57,065 bases of DNA from Haliotis rufescens (taxonomy: Eukaryota), in the NCBI RefSeq assembly GCF_023055435.1, contig NW_025964223.1, positions 51,032,936-51,090,000 on the forward strand, read 5' to 3'. Below are positions 23,309 through 35,713 of this stretch, in pieces. The position numbers were made by a program, and so were the translations under genes. Below the pieces are notes generated by a model. The model did not search any database. It had not been told where the DNA came from and saw only the letters and a list, made by a program, of their open reading frames with translations. The stretch's first letter is position 1, and every line of letters starts with the position of its first letter.

Positions 23309-25780
23309 ATGACAAACAACATAGTATTATTTTTTGTCTGTCTCTCTGGAGGAGTTATTTGGGCGTGTACGTTCCATCATGACGTGAAGTATGGAGGGAT
23401 ATTTGTTAACTGTTCCAACAACAACCTATCCAATATACCAAATGATCTACCCCAAAATACAACATCGCTCAATTTGAGTACCAATCGCATTGCCGTGTTG
23501 CACATTCAACCCAACAGTTCCTTGAATGCACTGAAATACCTGGACGTCTCCAACAATAAGTTATCAAAGCTACAAAATGGGACATTTGAAAGCATTAACA
23601 GCTTAGAGGAGCTATTCTTGCAGAACAACAATCTGACGCTCGATTCCACCACCTACCCAGATGATGTCTTCCTTCCTCTACAGAAACTTCAGAAGCTCCA
23701 TCTGCACAACAATGATCGAAAGTCGGAGGGTAGCTATCCAGAAACTGCTTTCGGTAAACTCAGGAGTGCTGTTGAATTGAAAATTGACACATTTGAAACC
23801 TCCACCTTTGGATCTGGATTTGCCAAAATGACCAATCTCAAAAGGCTTCTTTTGGGGTTTAATGGTTGCAAGATTCAAAGAGTGTCGAACGAAACGTTCC
23901 AATCTTTTAAACACATCCCAATTGAAGACCTTGATCTTCGTAGTTGCCCATTAGCAGCTTTAGATAAAATGTCATTTGTCCATTTGAAAAGCCTCAAGGA
24001 TTTGAATCTTTCTCATGGTAAATTCGTGAGCCCAGTAGAAGCTGTTACATCTATGTATGGTTTAAATGGGCTAAACCTGACACGTATTTTACTTGATGAA
24101 ATTTACAACTTCCTTCTTTTTAGGTCTGGTACTGTTGAACAAAGAATTCTTACAGGTGAAGTGCTAGATAATATACAAGGTGTATGCGTTGAGCAGTTTT
24201 CGATGAAGAAAAACAAAATAGCATGGATTAATTCTTCTATCCTAAAACCCAATTCACGTTTTTCAAACTGCCTTGTACATATTGACCTGTCTGATAATGA
24301 TTTTCTGGGAGACAGGCGTATTTTATTCCAATTTGTCTTTGCGCCTCAATTAGTGTTTGTGAATATTTCAAATCACTTGAGAAGAAACGAGTTCTTCTCA
24401 TCAATGCCTCAACACAACTCCTTATTGTCGGTACCAACATTCAAGATCCCGTTACCTCCAAAACTAAAGTACCTTTATATCCATGGCACGCTGAGTGACA
24501 TAGGCTTCATAAACAGTAACATTGAATTTAAAAATGCTGTATCGCTCCAAAGTTTGAACCTTGCATTTAACGGATGGTATGCCTTCCAATATAATATATA
24601 TGGTTTGGAGAATCTCACTGATTTAGACATCTCTGGAAACTACTTTACCAACATGAATCCTGGTGTCTTGAAAACTTTCTCAGGCCTAAGAACTCTCACG
24701 ATGTCTCAAATGGGCTTTAGCAAATACTTTCTTCTTCATCAGGGACGTCAGATGTTTTTGCCATTACGTAACTTGAAAAATATTATCCTCAGTCACAATG
24801 ATTTAGCAGTCATGGATCCTAAGATATTTTCTGGAAATCAACTGACTAGTATTGATTTATCCTTTAACCGTTTTGAAAGTATTCCCTTTGACATCACAAC
24901 AACTCCGTCTCTGCAACGTCTTGACCTCAGTTACAACTCACTGCCTGTGTTATCAGAGTTAGAGAGGACCCTGTTTGATTCCCTAGCAGCAACAAATAAC
25001 TTCACGTTGAACCTTGACAACAACCTTCTGTCCTGCGGATGTAAAAATTTAGGCTTTGTGTTGTGGCTGTTCCACACAGATGTGAAAGTTGAAAACAGAT
25101 ATTCTTATACCTGTGTATCTGATAGTGGCCATATTACACCCCCATCTTATATTTATGATCATTATGATGAAATATGGAGAAAATGTTCCGGACTGATTTG
25201 GCTGTCACTAACTGTTTCTGCCTTTGCACTGATTATATTATTCATGATTCTAATCTATTTGATAAACCAGAGAAAGACATTACTTCTAAATATCATTTAC
25301 CGGATGTTTGGGTTGGTAAATGTTGCCAAACCGCCAAAGCGTACTGACTTTCCTAACGATGCCTACATCGGCTACAGTGACTGCGATTATCAGTACATCT
25401 GTCACACTATGAGAGAGCACCTGGAAGACAGACATGGAGTCAAACTCTTCCTGAAGGACAGAGACACCATCCCTGGAGGACAAATAGCTGACGACATCAT
25501 CAACGGAATAGATTCAAGTTGGAAAACGCTCCTAATTCTAAGCAGATCATTTCTGGAAGACCAATGGTGTAGCTTTACTGTTAATCGTGTTGTGTATTCC
25601 TCCTCTATACTACCCGCAGGAAGTGTCGTTCTTGTGCTGTTTGAGGACGTGAGACAAGGGGACATCTCCCCAGCCCTGCTGAATGTTGTGGATGAGAGAT
25701 ACATCTTCCATGTAAAGAAGTTCATGGGCGATCAGCGAAGGCTTTGGAGAGACGTTAGTCAGTGTATCATGACTGAATAG
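23309..25780 (+). CDS. Toll-like receptor (single cysteine-cluster type), 823 aa, single coding exon
   Basis: Signal peptide; LRRNT (VNCSNNNLSNIPNDLP); many LxxLxLxxN repeats; LRRCT (NLLSCGCKNLGFVLWL...YTC...C); TM (LIWLSLTVSAFALIILFMILIYLI); TIR (DAYIGYS, DRDTIPGG, FLEDQWC). Splice acceptor at 23297; AATAAA at 25914. Confidence 0.95.
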   Translation: MTNNIVLFFVCLSGGVIWACTFHHDVKYGGIFVNCSNNNLSNIPNDLPQNTTSLNLSTNRIAVLHIQPNSSLNALKYLDVSNNKLSKLQNGTFESINSLEELFLQNNNLTLDSTTYPDDVFLPLQKLQKLHLHNNDRKSEGSYPETAFGKLRSAVELKIDTFETSTFGSGFAKMTNLKRLLLGFNGCKIQRVSNETFQSFKHIPIEDLDLRSCPLAALDKMSFVHLKSLKDLNLSHGKFVSPVEAVTSMYGLNGLNLTRILLDEIYNFLLFRSGTVEQRILTGEVLDNIQGVCVEQFSMKKNKIAWINSSILKPNSRFSNCLVHIDLSDNDFLGDRRILFQFVFAPQLVFVNISNHLRRNEFFSSMPQHNSLLSVPTFKIPLPPKLKYLYIHGTLSDIGFINSNIEFKNAVSLQSLNLAFNGWYAFQYNIYGLENLTDLDISGNYFTNMNPGVLKTFSGLRTLTMSQMGFSKYFLLHQGRQMFLPLRNLKNIILSHNDLAVMDPKIFSGNQLTSIDLSFNRFESIPFDITTTPSLQRLDLSYNSLPVLSELERTLFDSLAATNNFTLNLDNNLLSCGCKNLGFVLWLFHTDVKVENRYSYTCVSDSGHITPPSYIYDHYDEIWRKCSGLIWLSLTVSAFALIILFMILIYLINQRKTLLLNIIYRMFGLVNVAKPPKRTDFPNDAYIGYSDCDYQYICHTMREHLEDRHGVKLFLKDRDTIPGGQIADDIINGIDSSWKTLLILSRSFLEDQWCSFTVNRVVYSSSILPAGSVVLVLFEDVRQGDISPALLNVVDERYIFHVKKFMGDQRRLWRDVSQCIMTE

Positions 25781-26544
25781 GAAATATAAAGAAAATTGTT
25801 ACTCGCTGATCAGTGGATATGCTATGTTTGTTGTACATACAACCTGAGACTAACATACATTTTTTTGGCCAATGTGGCAAATGTTTTTAAACTTGTGAAA
25901 TTAGGAATGTCCTAATAAAAAAATCTTTTTATATTAGTATCAGTTTTATTTTCTCTTGAGTACGCATTGATTTCGGAGTCCAGGCCACTTTGTTTTATAT
26001 TTGCTGGGTGAATCTCACGATTCTGCTCTCAATATTTCCGGGTCATCATGTCATATTAGCAGTGATTCATATTCCAAAAGGTTTAACTAACATATTGACA
26101 CAAACACGGAAGCTTTTGGTTCATGTAGTCCTACAGTTTCCGACTGTATCGTGAGATAGTTCCCTGGTTAAGTCTCTACTTGACACATGCGGAACATTTT
26201 AACTCCAGGTTACCACATTTCCGCGGTGAGCACTGTTTTCTCTACTTTGGACCCCGTTGCTTTGTGATAAACATGAACAAAAAGACGAATTATTTATCGT
26301 ACATTATTTACAATATTGTCATTTCCGACGATAGTTTTTTTCGTGTCAATAAGTATTCACAATATGAGAGACATTGTTAGAAAATAATATTTCTGGAATC
26401 TTTAATAATTTTCTTGGTTTTTAATCGCCACGGTAATAATAATAATATTTCGAGGATCTGTTCGTTCAGCACCTCAGAAATATTTGAGTTGCAGATCAAG
26501 TACATGAACATTAAGCTTTATGTCTCTTTATCCATTACTGTACA

Positions 26545-26662
26545 GGGGGCACGGGTGGCCCAGTCGTCTAAGGCGCCGCGATTCGCTGTGCAGAGTTGCG
26601 TCCCTTGGGCACGCCAGAAACCTATGATTGTGGGTTCGAATCCCGGTTCGCCCCAATTATGT
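26545..26662 (+). mobile_element. Family A SINE head only (tRNA-like part)
   Basis: GGGGGCACGGGTGGCCCAGTCGTCTAAGG...GGTTCGAATCCCGGTTCGCCCC, then truncated. Confidence 0.85.
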
Positions 26663-26811
26663 TTCATTACTGTACACGTAAAAACATTGAACATTAATAC
26701 GACAATATGTATGTGTGACAAGGTTAAAGGTCAGCTTAAGCAGGTTTTCAATGTTTATTAAATGGAGACTTTAATTATAATAATGAAATTAACTCTGTCC
26801 CACAGGTAAAT

Positions 26812-27100
26812 CCCTGGTATAATTGATAGAGCGTCTGTTGGTGTTCGATCCCCTGGCCGCCTCAAATCAAAAGACAATAAAATATGGTACTTGTTACCCT
26901 GCCTGGCGCTTTGAATAAAGGGGATAAAACAGCGACTTGTTGACTCGGAGTCAGAATGGTGTGTCTAAGTGGGGGTATCCATGTTAAAATGTAAAACTGG
27001 CACACGTCAAGACTAGAACAGTAGACACACATACACTTTCATCACGTCGTCGCTATATGGGTGAAATAATCGTGAACGCGACGTTTAACCCTATTACACC
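26812..27100 (+). mobile_element. Degenerate V-domain SINE (RUDI-like)
   Basis: B-box gttcgatcccc, V-domain-like caaaagacaataaaatatggtacttgttaccctgcctggcgct...taaagggg (recognised from memory), and a gcgacgtttaaccc tail. Confidence 0.5.
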
Positions 27101-27784
27101 TCGCGTTAATAGTGTTTTCTTGCTTTCGTTATTAAAAATGAAACCAATACTACTTACATCATCCGGGTCCCGAAAGAAACCTTTTTTATACTAATATTCA
27201 CGTGAACCTATCTTTTCTTAATTTTTTTCTCACTGTATGTGTGACGCAGAAATAAGCTGAAGTATACAGTCATAAAACGCCTCTGTATTGATCCAACGTC
27301 ATTTGAGCGCAGTTTTCTCAAGTACGGGACATATTAGGAAGACATTATTTGTTAACAAACGGTGGTGAAAACAGCTGTCAGTTGTGTGTCAGAAGAATGG
27401 GAAATTTATGAAAGGGAAATAACTCCTCCCGACTAAAGAAATGCAGTAAAGCCTCATAAAATGTTATAACAATAACTTGTTATAATCTCGCTTATGCCTA
27501 CATTCATTGCCGAAGTGTGGGGAAATAACAACAGGAGGGTTGATTGTGGAAGAAATGGGCACAGCCTTATTTATGAAGCAAACGTACATAACATTGATTC
27601 GCGCACCGATTAGGTCGTTAGATATTAGCGATGTATTTTAATCCAAGAATACCCAACAGGAAATAATTTAAGGAAACTTGGTTCAGAGTGGGCGTTGACA
27701 AAATAACTCAAGAGTCCTTGCAGAGAATTGATGAAAATATCGCGTTGACAAACAAACTTCTTAGTTGTTTATGTTCGTTTTTAA

Positions 27785-27960
27785 GTGAGTGACTGGATGA
27801 GTATCGTTTTACGCCAGCTTTAGCAATATCCCAGCAACACACCATGGGGGACACCAGAAATGGGCTTCCAATATTGTACCCATGTGGGTAATCGAAACCG
27901 GGTCTTTGACGTGACAAGCGATCGCTTTAACCAATTAGGCTTCCCGGCCCCCCACACCCC
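27785..27960 (-). mobile_element. Family B (tRNA-Asp-like) SINE
   Basis: Reverse complement matches 45833-45995 (ggttaaagcg..cttgtcacg..gacccgg.ttcgatt..catgggtacaat). Confidence 0.85.
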
Positions 27961-28228
27961 ATCTTTTAAAACAAAACCCAGACAATGAATGAATTGCCGA
28001 GAAATTGGGGGCCAACATTTTGTACCCAGATGGGGAATCGAACCCCGGTCATCGGCTTGAGGAACACAATTTACAAAACACACACAACAATGCTAATTAT
28101 CACTTGTGATAAATGTGGAAATGTGAGGAATGTTGTACAATCAAAGAGCAAATGTGGTTATGTTTCAATGAGATAGAACTTGCACCTTCAGTATAGTCTA
28201 GTGAGTGAACCACAAAAGCGCTGCAAAA

Positions 28229-31200
28229 CCCTCCCCAATTTCCCTCATCCACGGGCTTTCTTCGACCCTCTCTAATTTCCCGAACCCCGGACTTTCTGTG
28301 GCACTCCCCAATTCCTTCATCCCAAGGCTCCCCCCCCCCCCCCCTCCACTATTTGCCCTCACTTCCGGGCTTTTTTTCGGCCCTTCCCAATTTACCCACC
28401 CCGGACTTTCTTCAGCCCTCCCTAACTTCCCTCATCCACGGACTTTCTTCAGCCCCTCCCTAACTTCCCTCATCCACGGACTTTCTTCAGCCCTCCATAA
28501 TATCCCTCATCCCCGGACTTTCTTCGGCCCTCGCCAATTTACCTCACCCCGGACTTTTTTCTGCCCTCCCCAATTTATCTCATCCACGGACTTTCTTTAG
28601 CCCTCCATAATATCCCTCATCCCCGGACTTTCTTCGGCCCTCGCCAATTTCCCTCATCCCCGGACTTTTTCGGCCCTCGCCAATTTACCTCACCCTGTAC
28701 TTTTTTCTGCCCTCCCCAATTTATCTCACCCCGAACTTTCTTCAGCCCTCAATAATTACCCTCATCCCCGGACTTTCTTCGGCCCTCTGTAATTTCCCTC
28801 ACTTACAGACTTTTTTTGGCCCCCCTTAATTGCCCTCTCTTCGGGGCTTTCTTCGGCCCTCCCCAATTTACCTCACCCCGGACTTTCTACAGCCCTCCCT
28901 ATTTTCCCTCACTTACGGACTTTTTTCGACCCTCCCTAATTGCCCTAACTTCCGGGCTTTCTTTGGCCCTCCCTAATTGCCCTCACTTACGGACTTTCTA
29001 CAGCCCTCCCTAATTGCCCTCACTTCCGGGCTTTCTTTGGCCCTCCCTAATTGCCTTCTCTTCCGGGCTTTCTTCGGCCCTCCCCAATTTACCTCACCCC
29101 GGACTTTCTTCAGCCCTCCCGATTTTCCCTCATTCCCGGACTTTCTTCAGCCCTCCCTAATTTTTCTCATCCCCGGACTTTCTTCAGCCCTCCCTAATTT
29201 CCCTCATTCCCGGACTTTCTACAGCCCTCCATAATTGCCTTCACTTCCGGTCTTTCTTCGGGCCCTCCCAAATTTACCTCACCCCGGACTTTCTTCAGCC
29301 CTCCCTAATTTTTCCTCACCCCCGGACTTTCTACAGCCCTCCATAATTGCCTTCACTTCCGGGCTTTCTTCAGCGCTCCCCAATTTACCTCACCCCGGAC
29401 TTTCTTCAGCCCTCCCTAATTTCCCTCATCTCCTGATTTTCTACAGCCCTCCCTTTTTTCCATCACTTCCAGACTTTCTACAGCCCTCCCTAATTGCCCT
29501 CACTTCCGGGCTTTCTTTGGCCCTCCCTAATTGCCCTCACTTACGGACTTTCTTCGGCCCTCCCTAATTGCCTTTACGTACGGACTTTCTTCGGCCCTCC
29601 CTAATTGCCCTCACACCCGGACTTTCTTCAGCCCTCCCTAATTTTCCTCATCCCCTGACTTTCTATATACAGCCGTCTTTAGTTTCCCTCATCCCCGGAC
29701 CCTTTTCAGCACTCCCTAATTTTTTTCTCATGCCCGGACTTTCTTCAGCCCTCCCGATTTTCCCTCACTTACGGACTTTTTTTGGCCCCCCTTAATTGCC
29801 CTCTCTTCGGGGCTTTCTTCGGCCCTCCCCAATTTACCTCACCCCGGACTTTCTACAGCCCTCCCTATTTTCCCTCACTTACGGACTTTTTTCGACCCTC
29901 CCTAATTGCCCTAACTTCCGGGCTTTCTTTGGCCCTCCCTAATTGCCCTCACTTACGGACTTTCTACAGCCCTCCCTAATTGCCCTCACTTCCGGGCTTT
30001 CTTTGGCCCTCCCTAATTGCCTTCTCTTCCGGGCTTTCTTCGGCCCTCCCCAATTTACCTCACCCCGGACTTTCTTCAGCCCTCCCGATTTTCCCTCATT
30101 CCCGGACTTTCTTCAGCCCTCCCTAATTTTTCTCATCCCCGGACTTTCTTCAGCCCTCCCTAATTTCCCTCATTCCCGGACTTTCTACAGCCCTCCATAA
30201 TTGCCTTCACTTCCGGTCTTTCTTCGGGCCCTCCCAAATTTACCTCACCCCGGACTTTCTTCAGCCCTCCCTAATTTTTCCTCACCCCCGGACTTTCTAC
30301 AGCCCTCCATAATTGCCTTCACTTCCGGGCTTTCTTCAGCGCTCCCCAATTTACCTCACCCCGGACTTTCTTCAGCCCTCCCTAATTTCCCTCATCTCCT
30401 GATTTTCTACAGCCCTCCCTTTTTTCCATCACTTCCAGACTTTCTACAGCCCTCCCTAATTGCCCTCACTTCCGGGCTTTCTTTGGCCCTCCCTAATTGC
30501 CCTCACTTACGGACTTTCTTCGGCCCTCCCTAATTGCCTTTACGTACGGACTTTCTTCGGCCCTCCCTAATTGCCCTCACACCCGGACTTTCTTCAGCCC
30601 TCCCTAATTTTCCTCATCCCCTGACTTTCTATATACAGCCGTCTTTAGTTTCCCTCATCCCCGGACCCTTTTCAGCACTCCCTAATTTTTTTCTCATGCC
30701 CGGACTTTCTTCAGCCCTCCCGATTTTCCCTCACTTACGGACTTTTTTCGGCCCTCCCTAATTGCCCTCACTTCCGGGCTTTCTTCGGCCCTCCCTAATT
30801 CCCCCCACTTACGGACTTTCTTCAGCCCTCCCTAATTTTCCTCATCCCCGGACTTTCTATATAAAGCCGTCCTTAGTTTCCCTCATCCCCGGACCCTTTT
30901 CAGCACTCCCTAATTTTCTTCTCATCCCCGGACTTTCTACAGCCCTCCCGATTTTCCCTCACTTACGGACTTTTTTCAGCCCTCCCTAATTTCCCTCAAC
31001 CCCGGACTTTCTACAGCCCTCCTTAATTTCCCTCACTTACGGACTCCTCCCCTCTTTTTTTTTGCCCTCACTTCCGGGCTTTCTTCGGCCGCCCCTAATT
31101 TCCCTCATCCCCGGACTTTCTATATATAGCCGTCCTTAGTTTCCCTCATCCCCGGGCCCTTTTCAGCACTCCCTAATTTTTCTCATCCCCGGAATTTCTA

Positions 31201-34200
31201 CAGACATCCCTAATTGCCTTCACTTCCGGGCTTCTTTGGCCCTCACCAATTGCCCTCACTTCCGGGCTTTCTTCAGCCCTCCCTAATTTCCCTCATCCCC
31301 GGACTTTCTACAGCCCTCCTTAATTTCACTCACTTACGGACTCCCCCCCGCTTTTTTTTGCCCTCACTTCCGGGCTTTCTTCGGCCCTCCCTAATTTACC
31401 TCACCCCGGCCTTTCTTCAGCCCTCCATATTTTTTCTCATCTCCTGACTTTCTACAGCCCTCCCTTTTTTCCATCACTTACGGACTTTCTACAGCCCTCC
31501 CTAATTGCCCTCACTTCCGGGCTTTCTTTGGCCCTCCCTAATTGCCCTCACTCCCGGACTTTCTTCAGCCCTCCCTAATTTTCCTCATCCCCGGACTTTC
31601 TATATATAGCCGTCTTTAGTTTCCCTCATCCCCGGACCCTATTCAGCACTCCCTAATTTTTTTCTCATGCCCGGATTTTCTACAGCCCTCCCGATTTTCC
31701 ATCACTTACGGACTTTTTTCGGCCCTCCCTAATTGCCCTCACTTCCGGGCTTTCTTCGGCCCTCCCTAATTGCCCCCACTTACGGACTTTCTTCAGCCCT
31801 CCCTAATTTTCCTCATCCCCGGACTTTCTATATATAGCCGTCCTTAGTTTCCCTCATCCCCGGACCCTTTTCAGCCCTCCCTAATTTTTCTCATCCCCTG
31901 AATTTCTACAGCCCTCCCTAATTGCCTAGTTTTATTATCCCCGGACTTTCTTCAGCCCTCTCCAATTTACCTCACCCCGGACTTTCTTCAGCCCTCCCTT
32001 ATTTCCCCCATCCCCGGACTTTCTTCAGCCCTCCCTAATTTTTCAGCCGTCCTTAGTTTTATTATCCCCGGACTTTCTTCAGCCCTCTCCAATTTACCTC
32101 ACCCCGGACTTTCTTCAGCCCTCCCTAATTTTTCCTCACCCCCGGACTTTCTACAGCCCTCCATAATTGCCTTCACTTCCGGGCTTTCTTCGGCGCTCCC
32201 CAATTTACCTCACCCCAGACCTTCTTCAGCCCTCCCTAATTTTTCTCATCCCCGGACTTTCTACAGCCCTCCCTATTTTACCTCACTTACGGACTTTTTT
32301 CGGCCCTCCCTAATTGCCCTCACCTACGGACTTTCTTCGGCTCTTCCTAATTGCTCTCACTTCGGGCTTTCTTCAGCCCTCCCTAATTCCCCTCATCCCC
32401 GGACTTTCAACAGCCGTCCTTAGTTTTATTATCCCCGGACTTTCTTCAGCCCTCTCCAATTTACCTCACCCCGGACTTTCTTCAGCCCTCCCTAATTTAC
32501 CTCACCCCGGACTTTCTACAGCCCTCCCTTTTTTCCATCACTTACGGACTTTCTATAGCCCTCCCTTAATTGCCCTCACTTCCGGGCTTTCTTTGGCCCT
32601 CCCTAATTGCCCTCACTTACGGACTTTCTTCGGCCCTCCCTGATTGCCCTCACGTACGGACTTTCTTCGGCCCTCCCTAATTGCCCTCACTCCCGGACTT
32701 TCTTCAGCCCTCCCTAATTTCCCTCATCCCCGGACCCTTTTCAGCACTCCCTAATTTTTCTCTCATCCCCGGACTTTCTTCAGCCCTCCCTAATTTTTCT
32801 CATCCCCGGAATTTCTACAGCCCTCCCTATTTTCCCTCACTTACGGACTTTTTTCGGCCCTCCCTAATTGGCCTCATTCCTGGACTTTCTTCAGCCCTCT
32901 CCAATTTACCTCACCCCGGACTTTCTTCAGCCCTCCCTAATTTCCCCCATCCCCGGACTTTCTTCAGCCCTCCCTAATTTACCTCACCCCGGACTTTCTA
33001 CAGCCCTCCCTTTTTTCCATCACTTACGGACTTTCTATAGCCCTCCCTAATTGCCCTCACTTCCGGGCTTTCTTTGGCCCTCCCTAATTGCCCTCACTTA
33101 CGGACTTTCTTCGGCCCTCCCTAATTGCCCTCACGTACGGACTTTCTTCGGCCCTCCCTAATTGCCCTCACTCCCGGACTTTCTTCAGCCCTCCCTAATT
33201 TCCCTCATCCCCGGACCCTTTTCAGCACTCCCTTATTTTTTTCTCATCCCCGGGCTTTCTACAACCCTCCCGATTTTCCCTCACTTACGGACTTTTTTCG
33301 GCCCTCCCTAATTGCCCTCACTTCCGGGCTTTCTTCGGCCCTCCCTAATTGCCCTCACTTACGGACTTTCTTCGGCTCTTCCTTATTGCCCTCACTTCCG
33401 GGCTTTCTTCAGCCCTCCCTATTTTCCCTCATCCCCGGACTTTCAACAGCCGTCCTTAGTTTTATTATCCCCGGACTTTCTTCAGCCCTCTCCAATTTAC
33501 CTCACCCCGGACTTTCTTCAGCCCTCCCTTATTTCCCCCATCCCCGGACTTTCTTCAGCCCTCCCTAATTTTTCAGCCGTCCTTAGTTTTATTATCCCCG
33601 GACTTTCTTCAGCCCTCTCCAATTTACCTCACCCCGGACTTTCTTCAGCCCTCCCTAATTTCCCCCATCCCCGGACTTTCTTCAGCCCTCCCTAATTTTT
33701 CCTCACCCCCGGACTTTCTACAGCCCTCCATAATTGCCTTCACTTCCGGGCTTTCTTCGGCGCTCCCCAATTTACCTCACCCCAGACCTTCTTCAGCCCT
33801 CCCTAATTTTTCTCATCCCCGGACTTTCTACAGCCCTCCCTATTTTACCTCACTTACGGACTTTTTTCGGCCCTCCCTAATTGCCCTCACCTACGGACTT
33901 TCTTCGGCTCTTCCTAATTGCTCTCACTTCCGGGCTTTCTTCAGCCCTCCCTAATTTCCCTCATCCCCGGACTTTCAACAGCCGTCCTTAGTTTTATTAT
34001 CCCCGGACTTTCTTCAGCCCTCTCCAATTTACCTCACCCCGGACTTTCTTCAGCCCTCCCTAATTTACCTCACCCCGGACTTTCTACAGCCCTCCCTTTT
34101 TTCCATCACTTACGGACTTTCTATAGCCCTCCCTTAATTGCCCTCACTTCCGGGCTTTCTTTGGCCCTCCCTAATTGCCCTCACTTACGGACTTTCTTCG

Positions 34201-35393
34201 GCCCTCCCTGATTGCCCTCACGTACGGACTTTCTTCGGCCCTCCCTAATTGCCCTCACTCCCGGACTTTCTTAAGCCCTCCCTAATTTCCCTCATCCCCG
34301 GACCATTTTCAGCACTCCCTAATTTTTTTCTCATCCCCGGACTTTCTACAGCCCTCCATAATTGCCCTCACTTACGGACTTTTTTCGGCCCTCCCTAATT
34401 GCCCTCACTTCCGGGCTTTCTTCAGCCCTCCCTTATTTCCCCCATCCCCGGACTTTCTTCAGCCCTCCCTAATTTTTCTCATCCCCGGAATTTCTACAGC
34501 CCTCCCTATTTTCCCTCACTTACGGACTTTTTTCGGCCCTCCCTAATTGGCCTCATTCCCGGACTTTCTTCAGCCCTCTCCAATTTACCTCACCCCGGAC
34601 TTTCTTCAGCCCTCCCTAATTTCCCCCATCCCCGGACTTTCTTCAGCCCTCCCTAATTTACCTCACCCCGGACTTTCTACAGCCCTCCCTTTTTTCCATC
34701 ACTTACGGACTTTCTATAGCCCTCCCTAATTGCCCTCACTTCCGGGCTTTCTTTGGCCCTCCCTAATTGCCCTCACTTACGGACTTTCTTCGGCCCTCCC
34801 TAATTGCCCTCACGTACGGACTTTCTTCGGCCCTCCCTAATTGCCCTCACTCCCGGACTTTCTTCAGCCCTCCCTAATTTCCCTCATCCCCGGACCCTTT
34901 TCAGCACTCCCTTATATTTTTCTCATCCCCGGGCTTTCTACAGCCCTCCCGATTTTCCCTCACTTACGGACTTTTTTCGGCCCTCCCTAATTGCCCTCAC
35001 TTCCGGGCTTTCTTCGGCCCTCCCTAATTGCCCTCACTTCCGGGCTTTCTTCAGCCCTCCCCAATTTTCCTCATCCCCGGACTTTCTATATAAAGCCGTC
35101 CTTAGTTTCCCTCATCCCCGGACCCTTTTCAGCACTCCCTAATTTTCTTCTCATCCCCGGACTTTCTACAGCCCTCCCTAATTGCCCTCACTTCCGGGCT
35201 TTCTTCGGCCCTCCCTAATTGCCCTCACTTCCGGGCTTTCTTCGGCCCTCCCTAATTGCCCTCACTTACGGACTTTCTTCGGCTCTTCCTAATTGCCCTC
35301 ACTTCCGGGCTTTCTTCAGCTCTCCCTAATTTCCCTCATCCCCGGACTTTCAACAGCCCTCCCTAATTTTTCTCATCATCCCCGGACTTTCAA
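28229..35393. repeat. Minisatellite array, 36/37-bp unit, about 190 copies, with higher-order repeats
   Basis: Consensus CCCCGGACTTTCTTCAGCCCTCCCTAATTTCCCTCAT with variants (cacttccgggctttc, cacttacggactttc). Identical ORF translations recur at a 966-bp offset and near-identical ones at 1679 bp. Confidence 0.97.
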
Positions 35394-35433
35394 CACTCGT
35401 GGCTTATAGTCCCATATTATGAGAGGCTTTATA

Positions 35434-35713
35434 GTGAGTGAGTGACTTGGGTTTAACGCCGCTTTTAACAATATTCCAGTAATATAACGGCGTGTCAGCT
35501 TAATGTGGGAGGAACGCCCAAAGTGATGCAGGTCTCAGACGTTTACCACTTCGGTGAAACCCACGAGCACGTGTATGGTGCTGACAAACCTAGAAACATA
35601 GTCGGGGCGAACCGGGATTCGAACCAACAATCATGGGTTTCTGGCGTGCCCAAGGGACGCAACTCTGCACAGCGAATCGCGGCGCCTTAGACGACTGGGC
35701 AACCCGTGCCCCC
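35434..35713 (-). mobile_element. Full-length family A SINE carrying 40 bp of 3' flank (35394-35433) identical to that of the 37792 copy
   Basis: A/B boxes and (ACTC)n tail; the flank is the exact reverse complement of 38072-38111. Confidence 0.9.

Noticed and set aside
26545-26655. Functional tRNA gene (also 45833-45905)
   Set aside because: No proper cloverleaf or oligo-T terminator; these are heads of multicopy SINEs.
28205-35218. Many P/L/S/F-rich ORFs in the ORF track
   Set aside because: Translations of a 36/37-bp satellite; frames shift between units and stops recur on both strands.
28229-35393. CRISPR-like periodicity (36-37 bp)
   Set aside because: Head-to-tail repeats with no unique spacers, no cas genes and a eukaryotic context.
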